From: Halorhodospira halophila SL1 | GTDB lineage: Bacteria > Pseudomonadota > Gammaproteobacteria > Nitrococcales > Halorhodospiraceae | Direction: 5' to 3' | Length of the DNA: 32,000 bases | NCBI RefSeq assembly: GCF_000015585.1 | Contig: NC_008789.1 | Location: 1-32,000, forward strand | In this document: positions 18,440-26,957 of the stretch, piece after piece | Layout of the letters: each line of letters begins with the position of its first letter | Position numbering within the stretch: the first letter of the stretch is position 1 | Notes under the pieces: generated by a model | Database searches by the model: none | Told to the model about the DNA's origin: nothing | Seen by the model: only the letters and a program-made list of their open reading frames with translations | Program-made: the position numbers and the translations under genes

Positions 18440-19657
18440 GTGCGTCGAGTGGTGATTACCGGTCTGGGCATCGTGTCGTGCATCGGCAACAGCCGCGACG
18501 AAGTCACGGCATCTTTGCGGGCCGGCAAATCCGGGATCCGATACCAGCCCGAATACGAGGAGGTCGGCCTGCGCAGCTTGGTGGCCGGGAGTTGCGATGT
18601 CGATGTGCAGGCCCTTATCCCGCGTAAGTCCCTACGCTTCATGGGCGATGCTGCGGCCTACAGCTACATTGCGATGGACCAGGCGATTGCCGATGCGGGT
18701 CTCGACTATGCGGCGATCTCCAGCCCGCGCGTGGGTCTGATTGCCGGCTCCGGCGGTGCTTCGACGGCGAACATCGTCAGCGCCACCGAGACCCTGCGCA
18801 CCCGGGGCGTTCGCAAGATCGGCCCCTACGGCGTCACGCGGACCATGGGCAGCACGGTCTCGGCCTGCCTGGCAACGCCGTTCCAGATCAAGGGCCTCAA
18901 CTACTCCATCACCTCCGCCTGCGCGACCAGCGCCCACTGTGTCGGCGCTGCCATGGAGCAGATCCAGCTGGGCAAGCAGGATGTGATCTTCGCCGGAGGC
19001 GGCGAGGAAGAGCACTGGTCTCTCACCCAGCTGTTCGATGGGATGGGCGCGTTGTCCACCAAGTACAACGATACGCCGGAGCAGGCGTCGCGCCCTTACG
19101 ATGCCAGCCGCGACGGTTTCGTGATTGCCGGCGGCGGTGGAATGGTCGTGGTCGAAGCCCTTGAGCACGCCCAGGCGCGCGGTGCCCCGATCCTCGCTGA
19201 GCTGGTCGGTTTCGGTGCGACGTCGGATGGGTACGACATGGTTGCCCCGTCCGGCGAGGGGGCCGCACGTTGCATGAGGCAAGCCCTGGAGGGAGTCGAG
19301 GGGCCCGTGGACTACATCAATACCCACGGTACCAGTACGCCGGCCGGGGATATCGCCGAACTGGAGGCGACGCGAGAGGTCTTTGGCGAGTGCATGCCGC
19401 CGATGTCCTCGACCAAGTCCCTCACCGGCCACTCGCTGGGTGCCACCGGAGTCCAGGAGGCAATCTACTCGTTGCTGATGATGGAGCACGGGTTCATCTC
19501 ACCATCGATCAATATCGAGCAACTCGACCCTGAGGCGGGAGATGTGCCCATGGTCACCGAGACGCGCGAGGGCGTCACCCTCAACACCGTGCTCACCAAC
19601 AGTTTCGGCTTCGGCGGGACGAACGCGACGCTGGCACTGCGCCGTTTCGACGGCTGA
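18440..19657 (+). CDS. fabB: beta-ketoacyl-ACP synthase I
   Basis: The translation shows [16 protein letters not shown], the catalytic Cys in [22 protein letters not shown] and GHSLGATG, and ends [11 protein letters not shown]. It lies immediately downstream of fabA. The start is GTG. Confidence 0.9.
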   Translation: MRRVVITGLGIVSCIGNSRDEVTASLRAGKSGIRYQPEYEEVGLRSLVAGSCDVDVQALIPRKSLRFMGDAAAYSYIAMDQAIADAGLDYAAISSPRVGLIAGSGGASTANIVSATETLRTRGVRKIGPYGVTRTMGSTVSACLATPFQIKGLNYSITSACATSAHCVGAAMEQIQLGKQDVIFAGGGEEEHWSLTQLFDGMGALSTKYNDTPEQASRPYDASRDGFVIAGGGGMVVVEALEHAQARGAPILAELVGFGATSDGYDMVAPSGEGAARCMRQALEGVEGPVDYINTHGTSTPAGDIAELEATREVFGECMPPMSSTKSLTGHSLGATGVQEAIYSLLMMEHGFISPSINIEQLDPEAGDVPMVTETREGVTLNTVLTNSFGFGGTNATLALRRFDG

Positions 19658-19662
19658 ACGGG

Positions 19663-19687
19663 ACGGCGCCGGAATCACCGGCGCCGT
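19663..19687 (+). terminator. perfect 10-bp hairpin after fabB (possible terminator or attenuator)
   Basis: The structure is ACGGCGCCGG-aatca-CCGGCGCCGT, beginning 6 nt after the fabB stop. The U-tract is weak (a single T only). Confidence 0.4.
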
Positions 19688-19721
19688 TGGCCTCCAAGCG
19701 ACAAAGGCGTAAAGGTCTCTT

Positions 19722-21116
19722 ATGGAACAACGTCTTCAATTCGATCGCGACCTGCTCCGCCGGTACGATGTAAGCGGGCCCCGTTACACCTCGTACCCGA
19801 CGGCGCCGCAATTCCATGAAGGGTTTGATGCCCAGGCCTACGCCGCGGCAGCCCGGGCGACCAACGAGGCGGACCAGCCCAATCCCCTGTCGGTCTACGT
19901 CCACGTACCGTTCTGCCGTAACGTGTGCTTCTACTGCGCGTGCAACAAGATCGTGACGGCGAACTACAGCCGCGCCCAGGAGTATCTTGAGCACGTCTTC
20001 AAGGAGATCGAGCTGCAGGCGCAGCTCTTCGGCGAACACCGTCGCGTTGAGCAGCTCCACCTCGGGGGCGGCACGCCGAATTACCTCAAGATCGACGATC
20101 TGGGGCGCCTGGTCAGCAAGCTGCGCGAGCAGTTCACCCTCGACGATACGGACAACCGCGAGTTCTCTATCGAGATTGACCCGCGAGACGTCGAGCTTGA
20201 GGACATCGGTCGCCTGGCGGAACTCGGTTTCAATCGTATGAGCGTCGGCGTGCAGGACTTCAACGAGGAGGTCCAGCACGCGGTCAACCGTGTCCAGAGC
20301 GCGGAACTGTGCCGCTCGATCATTGAGGAGGGGCGCCGCCACGGCTTCCGCTCGACCAACGTCGACCTCATCTACGGTCTGCCGAAGCAGACGGTGGAAT
20401 CCTTCGAGCAGACCCTCGACGAGGTCATCGAGCTGCGCCCCGAGCGCCTGGCCATCTATAACTACGCTCACCTCCCGCATCTATTCAAGATCCAGCGGCA
20501 GATCAACGAGGATGAGCTCCCAGGCCCTGAGGACAAGCTCACCATCTTCGGGCGTACCATCGAGAAGCTCACCGATGCCGGCTACGTCTTCATCGGTATG
20601 GACCACTTCGCCCTGCCCGATGACGAGCTGGCCGTTGCGCAGAAGAAGGGAACCCTGCACCGGAACTTCCAGGGCTACTCCACGCGCGCGGAGTGCGACC
20701 TCATCGCACTGGGATCCACCTCCATCGGCAAGATCGGCAACACCTACAGTCAGAACCTGCGGGATCCCGAGGAATACCAGCAGCGCATTGCCAACGGCGA
20801 TCTGGCGGTGTTCCGTGGTTACGAGCTCAACCAGGACGATCTGCTGCGCCGGGAAGTGATCATCGAGGTCATGTGCCACTCCCGCCTGAACTTCGCCGAC
20901 ATCGAGGCGCGGCACGGCATCGACTTCAATGAGTACTTCGCTGACGCCCTGGAGCGCCTCCAGCCCCTGGTGGAGGACGGTCTGATGGAGATGGACGACC
21001 GCCACCTGCAGATCCTGCCGCGGGGGCGCCTGATGCTCCGCCACGTCGCCATGGCCTTCGATGCCTACCTGGAGCGCGAAGCCAATGAAGGCAAGCGCTA
21101 TAGCCGGGTGTTGTAA
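19722..21116 (+). CDS. hemN: oxygen-independent coproporphyrinogen III oxidase (radical SAM)
   Basis: It has the radical-SAM motif YVHVPFCRNVCFYCACNK, then GGGTPNYL, and a C-terminus (AFDAYLE...YSRVL) collinear with E. coli HemN. Confidence 0.92.
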   Translation: MEQRLQFDRDLLRRYDVSGPRYTSYPTAPQFHEGFDAQAYAAAARATNEADQPNPLSVYVHVPFCRNVCFYCACNKIVTANYSRAQEYLEHVFKEIELQAQLFGEHRRVEQLHLGGGTPNYLKIDDLGRLVSKLREQFTLDDTDNREFSIEIDPRDVELEDIGRLAELGFNRMSVGVQDFNEEVQHAVNRVQSAELCRSIIEEGRRHGFRSTNVDLIYGLPKQTVESFEQTLDEVIELRPERLAIYNYAHLPHLFKIQRQINEDELPGPEDKLTIFGRTIEKLTDAGYVFIGMDHFALPDDELAVAQKKGTLHRNFQGYSTRAECDLIALGSTSIGKIGNTYSQNLRDPEEYQQRIANGDLAVFRGYELNQDDLLRREVIIEVMCHSRLNFADIEARHGIDFNEYFADALERLQPLVEDGLMEMDDRHLQILPRGRLMLRHVAMAFDAYLEREANEGKRYSRVL

Positions 21117-22296
21117 CAAGCTCAGGCACAGGATTGTGGCCGGGGCGGCCCTGGTCACAGCGGGGAACGCTGTGGCCGGGTCGACCCTGCCCGAATCCGG
21201 TATCCTCGACCCTGGACAGATCGATGTCAGGGGCACAGTGGGCTTGAGCTACTTCGGGGCCGGTCAGGGCACCACTATGGATGTTCTGCCCTCCCTGCGT
21301 ACGGGGCTCCCCGGTCCGTTCGATGTGGCGGTTACGGTGCCTTATCGAAACGATCTTGAGCAGGAGCAGTACGCCCTGCGTAGCTCATTCCGCACCGATT
21401 TCTCCTACCGGTTCCTCGATGATGGCCCTCGCCAGGCGGTTCTGGGCGGCTACATGACCTTCGATCCCTCGGATGCTGGGGAAGGTGTAGGGAGCGGGTC
21501 GCACAACTATGGGGTCAGCGCCGACTACCGCGCAGAGGACATCGTGGGCACCGGGACCTTCTATCTGCGCGGGGCCGTGGAACGGCTGGACCATCGCGAC
21601 GATCCCGGCGCCGATGAGGTCTCCTACCGGCTCGCCAATCGCCTCACCGCCGAGATCGGTCTAGGGCTGGATGTGGATGTCGACGCCGAGCCCTACTTCG
21701 GTCTTCGAGGTACCCAAGGGCTAGGCTCGACGACACGTGACCAGCAGAGCTTGTCCTTTCGTCCGGGCATTCGGTTTCGGTACACCCCTAACAGCGAGGT
21801 CCAGTTCCTGGCGCAATTCGATACGGTACAGCGTAACGCCGAACCGGAGCGGGCGATCTTCGTGACCTGGACCTACCAGCACCGCCCTCCGGAGCGTGAT
21901 CTGGACAGCCTGCGGGAGCGTATCTCCGCCAATGAGATGGCCATCGAGCGCCTGGATCGACGGGTGAGCGACATCGAACGCCGGCTGTTAACACGTACCG
22001 AGGTACCGGAACCGGAGACGAGGGAGGGGGTGGTCGTGCTCAATCACTCCGGGATCCCGGAGTTGACCACCTTGGTGGTGGACACCCTGGAGAACCTCGA
22101 TCTCTCTGTCGGGGACACGCGTGACGAAGACGACGTCGCCCGTCGGGATCGCACCAAGATCCTCTACCGGCCGGGGCATGCGGAGCGGGCTCGGGAGATT
22201 GCCCGCGCGCTGCCGGGGAATCAGCTGATCGAGCAGCGTGATGACATGCCGAATCAGGCCGAGATCGCCGTCCTGATCGGCTTCGATCTGGAGTGA
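21085..22296 (+). CDS. hypothetical secreted protein: beta-rich (outer-membrane-barrel-like) N-domain, coiled coil and C-terminal LytR_C-like domain
   Basis: A signal-like N-terminus (KLRHRIVAGAALVTAGNAVA|GS) is followed by about 230 aa with alternating aromatic/polar beta-strand patterns (FSYRFL, VSADYR, TFYLRG, IRFRYT, IFVTWTY). A heptad-like segment follows (LDSLRERISANEMAIERLDRRVSDIERRL). The C-terminus VVVLNHSGIPELT...TKILYRPGHAERAREIARAL...IAVLIGFDL resembles LytR_C. The start is uncertain: ATG 21085 overlaps hemN by 32 nt, and GTG 21136 is an alternative. Confidence 0.6.
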   Translation: MKASAIAGCCNKLRHRIVAGAALVTAGNAVAGSTLPESGILDPGQIDVRGTVGLSYFGAGQGTTMDVLPSLRTGLPGPFDVAVTVPYRNDLEQEQYALRSSFRTDFSYRFLDDGPRQAVLGGYMTFDPSDAGEGVGSGSHNYGVSADYRAEDIVGTGTFYLRGAVERLDHRDDPGADEVSYRLANRLTAEIGLGLDVDVDAEPYFGLRGTQGLGSTTRDQQSLSFRPGIRFRYTPNSEVQFLAQFDTVQRNAEPERAIFVTWTYQHRPPERDLDSLRERISANEMAIERLDRRVSDIERRLLTRTEVPEPETREGVVVLNHSGIPELTTLVVDTLENLDLSVGDTRDEDDVARRDRTKILYRPGHAERAREIARALPGNQLIEQRDDMPNQAEIAVLIGFDLE

Positions 22297-22317
22297 GGCG
22301 CCCCCCCTGCTCCCCCC

Positions 22318-22346
22318 TTGCTCTCGAGGCGCAGTGTCGCTATCAT
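22318..22346 (+). promoter_or_regulatory. putative sigma70 promoter of the tRNA-Cys/tRNA-Leu unit
   Basis: The pattern is TTGCTC-N17-TATCAT, and the -10 hexamer ends 11 nt before the mature 5' end of tRNA-Cys. Confidence 0.45.
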
Positions 22347-22357
22347 GCGCACGCACT

Positions 22358-22431
22358 GGCTAGGTGGCAGAGTGGTGATGCAGCGGCCTGCAAAGCCGTG
22401 TACGTGGGTTCGATTCCCGCCCTAGCCTCCA
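22358..22431 (+). tRNA. tRNA-Cys (anticodon GCA)
   Basis: The cloverleaf was folded by hand. The acceptor stem is GGCTAGG/CCTAGCC, the anticodon stem GCGGC/GCCGT has loop CTGCAAA, and the T-arm is GTGGG-TTCGATT-CCCGC. The discriminator is T and CCA is encoded. Confidence 0.93.
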
Positions 22432-22493
22432 TACTCCCCCGCCCGTATCGGCCTTCGTGCCCCATCTCCGGTGACGAAGCCGACTCCCCACCG

Positions 22494-22578
22494 GCCCAGG
22501 TGGCGGAACTGGTAGACGCAGACGACTTAAAATCGTCAGGCTTCGGCCGTGCCGGTTCGAGTCCGGCCCTGGGCACCA
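22494..22578 (+). tRNA. tRNA-Leu (anticodon TAA)
   Basis: The acceptor stem is GCCCAGG/CCTGGGC and the anticodon stem GACGA/TCGTC has loop CTTAAAA. It has a long variable arm (AGGCTTCGGCCGT) and the T-arm GCCGG-TTCGAGT-CCGGC. CCA is encoded. Confidence 0.93.
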
Positions 22579-22729
22579 TAACGGGTCGCCCACACCTGCC
22601 TGTTGCAGACCCCGGCGCTGGCACCACACTCAGCCGTGGAAGCGCCCTCCCTGTGCCCGCCTCCACTCCAAAGCGGATGGGAGAGCGGGCCGCGCGGCGC
22701 GCCCCGGCCCTCCCGGAGGCTTCGGCGGG

Positions 22730-23281
22730 TCAGTCCAAGACCTCAAGGGCGGCCCGCATGTAGACGTACGCCGAGTACAGCGTCAGCAGCGCCGCGATCC
22801 AGACCAGCACGAAGCCGATCTCGGGGATCGGGATGCCGAGGATGGGCTCGCGGTAGAGCAGCATGAGGATGGCCGCCATCTGGGCGACGGTCTTCAGCTT
22901 GCCCATCTGGTTGACCGCTACGCTGGCGCGCTTGCCGATCTCAGCCATCCACTCGCGTAGTGCCGAGACGGCGATCTCGCGGCCGATGATGACCGCCGCC
23001 GGGATCGCCATCCAAAGACCGGGATAGACCGCGACCAGGGCGACCAGTGCCACCGCGACCATCAGCTTGTCCGCCACCGGATCGAGGAAGGCGCCGAAGT
23101 CCGAAGACTGATTGAGCCGGCGGGCCAGGTAACCGTCGAGCCAATCGGTGATGGCCGCCAGGGCGAACACGGCGACGGTCAGCAGATTGGTCCACGGCGG
23201 AGGCAGGAGGAAGCAGAGCCCGAAGACCGGGATCAGCACGATGCGAAATAGTGTGAGCGCGGTGGGCAGCGTCAGCGTCAT
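22730..23281 (-). CDS. pgsA: CDP-diacylglycerol--glycerol-3-phosphate 3-phosphatidyltransferase
   Basis: The translation shows LPTALTLFRIVLIPVF and the CDP-alcohol phosphatidyltransferase motif DWLDGYLARRLNQSSDFGAFLDPVADK. It lies downstream of uvrC, as in E. coli. Confidence 0.93.
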   Translation of the reverse strand: MTLTLPTALTLFRIVLIPVFGLCFLLPPPWTNLLTVAVFALAAITDWLDGYLARRLNQSSDFGAFLDPVADKLMVAVALVALVAVYPGLWMAIPAAVIIGREIAVSALREWMAEIGKRASVAVNQMGKLKTVAQMAAILMLLYREPILGIPIPEIGFVLVWIAALLTLYSAYVYMRAALEVLD

Positions 23282-23290
23282 GATGGTGTC

Positions 23291-25132
23291 CTAACCGTGG
23301 AACGTGTCGTAGATCCGTTGAGCGAGCGATCGATGGATGCCCGGTACGCGAGCCAGATCCTCGATGCCGGCCTGGCGAATGCCTTGGATCCCGCCGAAGT
23401 GTTTCAAAAGGCTCTGGCGGCGCTTTGGCCCCAGGCCGGGGATCTCCTCGAGGATCGACTCCCGCCGCGCCTTGCCGCGGCGCTGGCGGTGGCCACTGAC
23501 CGCAAAGCGGTGGGCCTCGTCGCGAACCTGCTGCAACAGGTGGAGTGCGGGAGAGTCGGCCGGTAACTCGATCTCCCGCTCCCCGTCGTCGAGCAATAGG
23601 GTCTCCTCTCCGGGGCGGCGCTCCGGCCCCTTGGCGATGCCCATTAGTGCCACGCCGTCGATGCCCAGTTCGTCGAGGACATCCCGTGCCTGTGCAACTT
23701 GCCCCTTTCCTCCATCGATTAGCAAGAGGTCGGGCAGCGGCGCCTCGCCGCTCTTAACGCGCCGGTAGCGGCGGGTCAGTGCCTGATGCATGGCTGCGTA
23801 GTCATCACCGGCGGTCACATTACGGATATTAAAGCGGCGGTAGTCGCTCTTGACCGGTCCCTCCCGATTGAAGACGACGCAGGAGGCTACGGTGGCCTCA
23901 CCAGCGGTGTGCGAGATGTCGAAACACTCGATCCGCTCTGGCGGGGCATCGCTATCGATGACCTCGGCAAGGGCGCTGTACCGCCGCTGCTGACTGGCCG
24001 TCGAGGCGCTGCGCGCGGAGAGCGCGTAACGAGCATTTTCTTCCGCCATCTCCACCCAGCGCCGGCGATCGCCGCGCACACGGTGACGGATCGCCACCGT
24101 TCCACCGGACGCGGTGCGCAGGGCCTGCTCAAGGAGCCGCTGCTCCCGGACCGGGCGATTGATCACCACTTCGGGCGGCGCTACACGACCGAGATAGTGT
24201 TGGGCCAGGAAGCTGGCCAGGATATCCGACTCGCGGCTACCTGACGGGGTGTTGGGGAAGTAGGACTGGTTGCCCAGACTGCTCCCTCCCCGGATGAAGA
24301 AGACCTGGACACACGCCGTATCGCCTTCCGCCACGCAGGCGACGATATCCATGTTGTCGTCCCGATCCTGGGCAACGTACTGACGCTGCTGGATATGCCG
24401 GAGATTGGCGATGCGGTCGCGCAGGCGCGCCGCCTGCTCGAACTCGAGGTTCTCCGCAGCCTCTTCCATGCGCCGGACGAGCTCGGCGATGACCTCGCCG
24501 GAGCGCCCCTCCAGGAAGAACTCAACGTCGCGCACGTCGCGGCGGTAGTCCTCCTCGCTGATGTAGCCGACACAGGGCGCCGTGCAGCGGCGAATCTGAT
24601 ACTGCAGGCAGGGACGCGAGCGATTGCGGAAGAAGGTATCGCGGCACTGTCGGATGGGGAAGACCTTCTGCAGGTAGCCGAGCGTCTCGCGCACCGCATT
24701 GGAGTTCGGGTAAGGGCCAAAGAATCGTCCCGCTCCCTGTCGTGCCCCGCGATGGTATCCCAGACGCGGAAACTGCTGATGACTCGAGAGGTAGATATAC
24801 GGGTACGACTTGTCGTCCCTTAGCAGGACGTTGTATCGAGGCCGATGTTCCTTGATCAGGTTGTTCTCCAGGATCAACGCCTCGGCCTCGGTGTGGGTCA
24901 CCGTGATCTGGACATCGGCGATGAGCTGGACGAGCCGCTCGGTCTTGGGAGTCTTTCGTGACGGGGTGAAATAACTGGAGACTCGGCGGCGGAGGTTGCG
25001 CGCCTTGCCCACGTAGATGATGGTGCCTTCGGCACTGAGCATGCGGTAGACACCCGGTCGCTCCGGGAGGCCGCGCACCCGCTCGCGCAGCGCCTCAACT
25101 CCAGGGGTTGGCTCTGCCGAAACCTTGTTCAT
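23291..25132 (-). CDS. uvrC: excinuclease ABC subunit C
   Basis: It has the GIY-YIG motif PGVYRMLSAEGTIIYVGKARNLRRRVSSYF, a UVR domain (FEQAARLRDRI) and a C-terminal HhH pair. I prefer the ATG at 25132 (AGGA 5 nt upstream) over the track start at 25186. Confidence 0.92.
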   Translation of the reverse strand: MNKVSAEPTPGVEALRERVRGLPERPGVYRMLSAEGTIIYVGKARNLRRRVSSYFTPSRKTPKTERLVQLIADVQITVTHTEAEALILENNLIKEHRPRYNVLLRDDKSYPYIYLSSHQQFPRLGYHRGARQGAGRFFGPYPNSNAVRETLGYLQKVFPIRQCRDTFFRNRSRPCLQYQIRRCTAPCVGYISEEDYRRDVRDVEFFLEGRSGEVIAELVRRMEEAAENLEFEQAARLRDRIANLRHIQQRQYVAQDRDDNMDIVACVAEGDTACVQVFFIRGGSSLGNQSYFPNTPSGSRESDILASFLAQHYLGRVAPPEVVINRPVREQRLLEQALRTASGGTVAIRHRVRGDRRRWVEMAEENARYALSARSASTASQQRRYSALAEVIDSDAPPERIECFDISHTAGEATVASCVVFNREGPVKSDYRRFNIRNVTAGDDYAAMHQALTRRYRRVKSGEAPLPDLLLIDGGKGQVAQARDVLDELGIDGVALMGIAKGPERRPGEETLLLDDGEREIELPADSPALHLLQQVRDEAHRFAVSGHRQRRGKARRESILEEIPGLGPKRRQSLLKHFGGIQGIRQAGIEDLARVPGIHRSLAQRIYDTFHG

Positions 25133-25339
25133 GCCGTCCTGTTTCCTACCCTGCCCGTGCGCTGGCTGGATCGGTCTCTGATCCACGCCCTGCAGGGACC
25201 CTGTATCGGGAAGTCCGCGTGTTGTACCCGCTCCAGTAGCCCCTGTCCACCGCGCGGCACTCCTCCAAAAGGGGCAGTGAACCGGTACGGAGCAGTAGCC
25301 AAGGCTCGTTCTCCAGCAGGACCGGCGGCGAGGCAGCGA

Positions 25340-25990
25340 TCAGTGCTCGTCGGATTTGGCCTCGAGCAGACCGTAGTCGATAGCGATCCGCGTCAGCTGG
25401 GCGTCGTTGCGAACGCCCAGCCGCTCGAAGATCCGGCTGCGGTAGGTGCTCACGGTCTTCGGGCTAAGGCACAGGTCCTTGGCGATGCTGGTTCCCCGCT
25501 GACCGTTGAGGATCCGCATCAGCACCTCGAATTCGCGCGGCGTGAGATGGTCGAACGGGCTCTCCCCCGTGCCATCGAGACTGTTCAGGGCGACGTGGCG
25601 AGCCACCTCGTGGCAGATGTAGCGGCGCCCGAGGTACACCGAGCGGATGGCCTCGATCAGCTCATCCCGATCGGCCCCCTTATGCACGTACCCCTTGGCG
25701 CCCGCTCGCAAGGCGTGGGCCGGATACGGTCCCGACTGGTAGACAGTCAACGCGATGACCCCGACCTTCGGGTGACTGCGGTATAGTCGACGGATCGCCT
25801 CGACGCCGCCCATACCCGGCATCTGGAGATCCATCAAGACAACGTCCGGCTCCTGCTCGCGCACCGCGGCCACTGCATGCTCGGCGTTCTCAGCGTGGGC
25901 AACGATCTGGATGTCCGGAATATCCCGGAGCATCCCGTCAATGGCCTGTCGGATCAGGCGATGATCGTCTGCCAGAACAACCCGAATCAT
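25340..25990 (-). CDS. uvrY: two-component response regulator, UvrY/GacA family (REC + LuxR-type HTH)
   Basis: From the ATG at 25990 the protein starts MIRVVLADDHRLIRQAI...DVVLMDLQMPGMGG, and the HTH region is LTPREFEVLMRILNGQRGTSIAKDLCLSPKTVSTYRSRIF. It is collinear with E. coli UvrY and sits upstream of uvrC. Confidence 0.88.
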   Translation of the reverse strand: MIRVVLADDHRLIRQAIDGMLRDIPDIQIVAHAENAEHAVAAVREQEPDVVLMDLQMPGMGGVEAIRRLYRSHPKVGVIALTVYQSGPYPAHALRAGAKGYVHKGADRDELIEAIRSVYLGRRYICHEVARHVALNSLDGTGESPFDHLTPREFEVLMRILNGQRGTSIAKDLCLSPKTVSTYRSRIFERLGVRNDAQLTRIAIDYGLLEAKSDEH

Positions 25991-26079
25991 CCACCTACCT
26001 CGAAACCGCTCGGGACAGTTCGCTATTCTGTAGAGTGAGTAACATTCGAGCAACCCAAACTGACTGGGGCGTCACGCGC

Positions 26080-26922
26080 ATGGACCACACGCCAAGCTCT
26101 CGGCTTTACCCCTTGTTCCCTTCAGAATCAGGGAGTTCCGTTGCTATCGAGGGCCTTTACCTCAATGCGCCTCTCCCAACCGGGAGCGGCAAAATACCAT
26201 GGGTGTACGCCAACTTCGTTACGAGCCTCGATGGACGGATCAGCCTGGATGCCGGTGTCGGATGCCGTGTCCCCGGCACTGTGGCCAACCCCCGCGACTG
26301 GCGTCTGTTTCAGGAGCTGGCAGCACGCGCTGACTGCCTGATCACCAGCGGACGCTACCTGCGGGAGCTGGCGGCTGGCTGTGCCCAGGATGCCTTGCCG
26401 GTGGGGTCGGAGTTCACCGATTTGCAGCAATGGCGAGAGGATCAGGGGCTGAACCCACATCCGGATGTCGCCATCGTCTCCGGGTCGGCGGATTTTCGGA
26501 TCCCGGCGACCCTTCGCGAACAGGGGCGTCGGATTTGGCTGTTCGTCCCCGAAGATGCGGCGACGGACGCGCTGCGGCGTCATCAGGATGCTGGCGCCGA
26601 GGTTGCCGCGCAATTCCCCGGGCGGCGTGTCACCGGCAGGCAGCTGCGCGAAACGCTCGGGGCGCTCGGCTATGCACGAGTCTACTCGGTGGCCGGACCT
26701 CAAATCGCACACACCCTCGTCGCGGATGGGAGCCTCGATACGCTGTTCAAAACCGTTCGCCACCGCATCATCGGCGGTGAACCTGGGGCCTTCGAGACGA
26801 TCATCGAGGGCCCGGGGCTTGAGAACCCCGCCGACTTCCGTCTGCGCTGGCTTTACTTCGATCCCGGTGAGGGCCCGGGCGACGAGCAGCAGCTGCTGCG
26901 CCTGGATCGAGTCACCGGCTAA
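26080..26922 (+). CDS. RibD C-terminal (pyrimidine reductase / DHFR-like) domain protein
   Basis: The translation shows WVYANFVTSLDGRISL and YSVAGPQIAHTLVADGSLDTLF. The start is uncertain: ATG 26080, or GTG 26035 as in the track. Confidence 0.65.
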   Translation: MDHTPSSRLYPLFPSESGSSVAIEGLYLNAPLPTGSGKIPWVYANFVTSLDGRISLDAGVGCRVPGTVANPRDWRLFQELAARADCLITSGRYLRELAAGCAQDALPVGSEFTDLQQWREDQGLNPHPDVAIVSGSADFRIPATLREQGRRIWLFVPEDAATDALRRHQDAGAEVAAQFPGRRVTGRQLRETLGALGYARVYSVAGPQIAHTLVADGSLDTLFKTVRHRIIGGEPGAFETIIEGPGLENPADFRLRWLYFDPGEGPGDEQQLLRLDRVTG

Positions 26923-26957
26923 CCCGAGCCAGGCGTGAACAGCCGCTGACCGGGCTG

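Noticed and set aside
22293-22763. A 156-aa plus-strand ORF and the minus-strand ORFs spanning 22343-22666
   Set aside because: They read straight through two canonical tRNA genes and the pgsA 3' end, so they are not coding.
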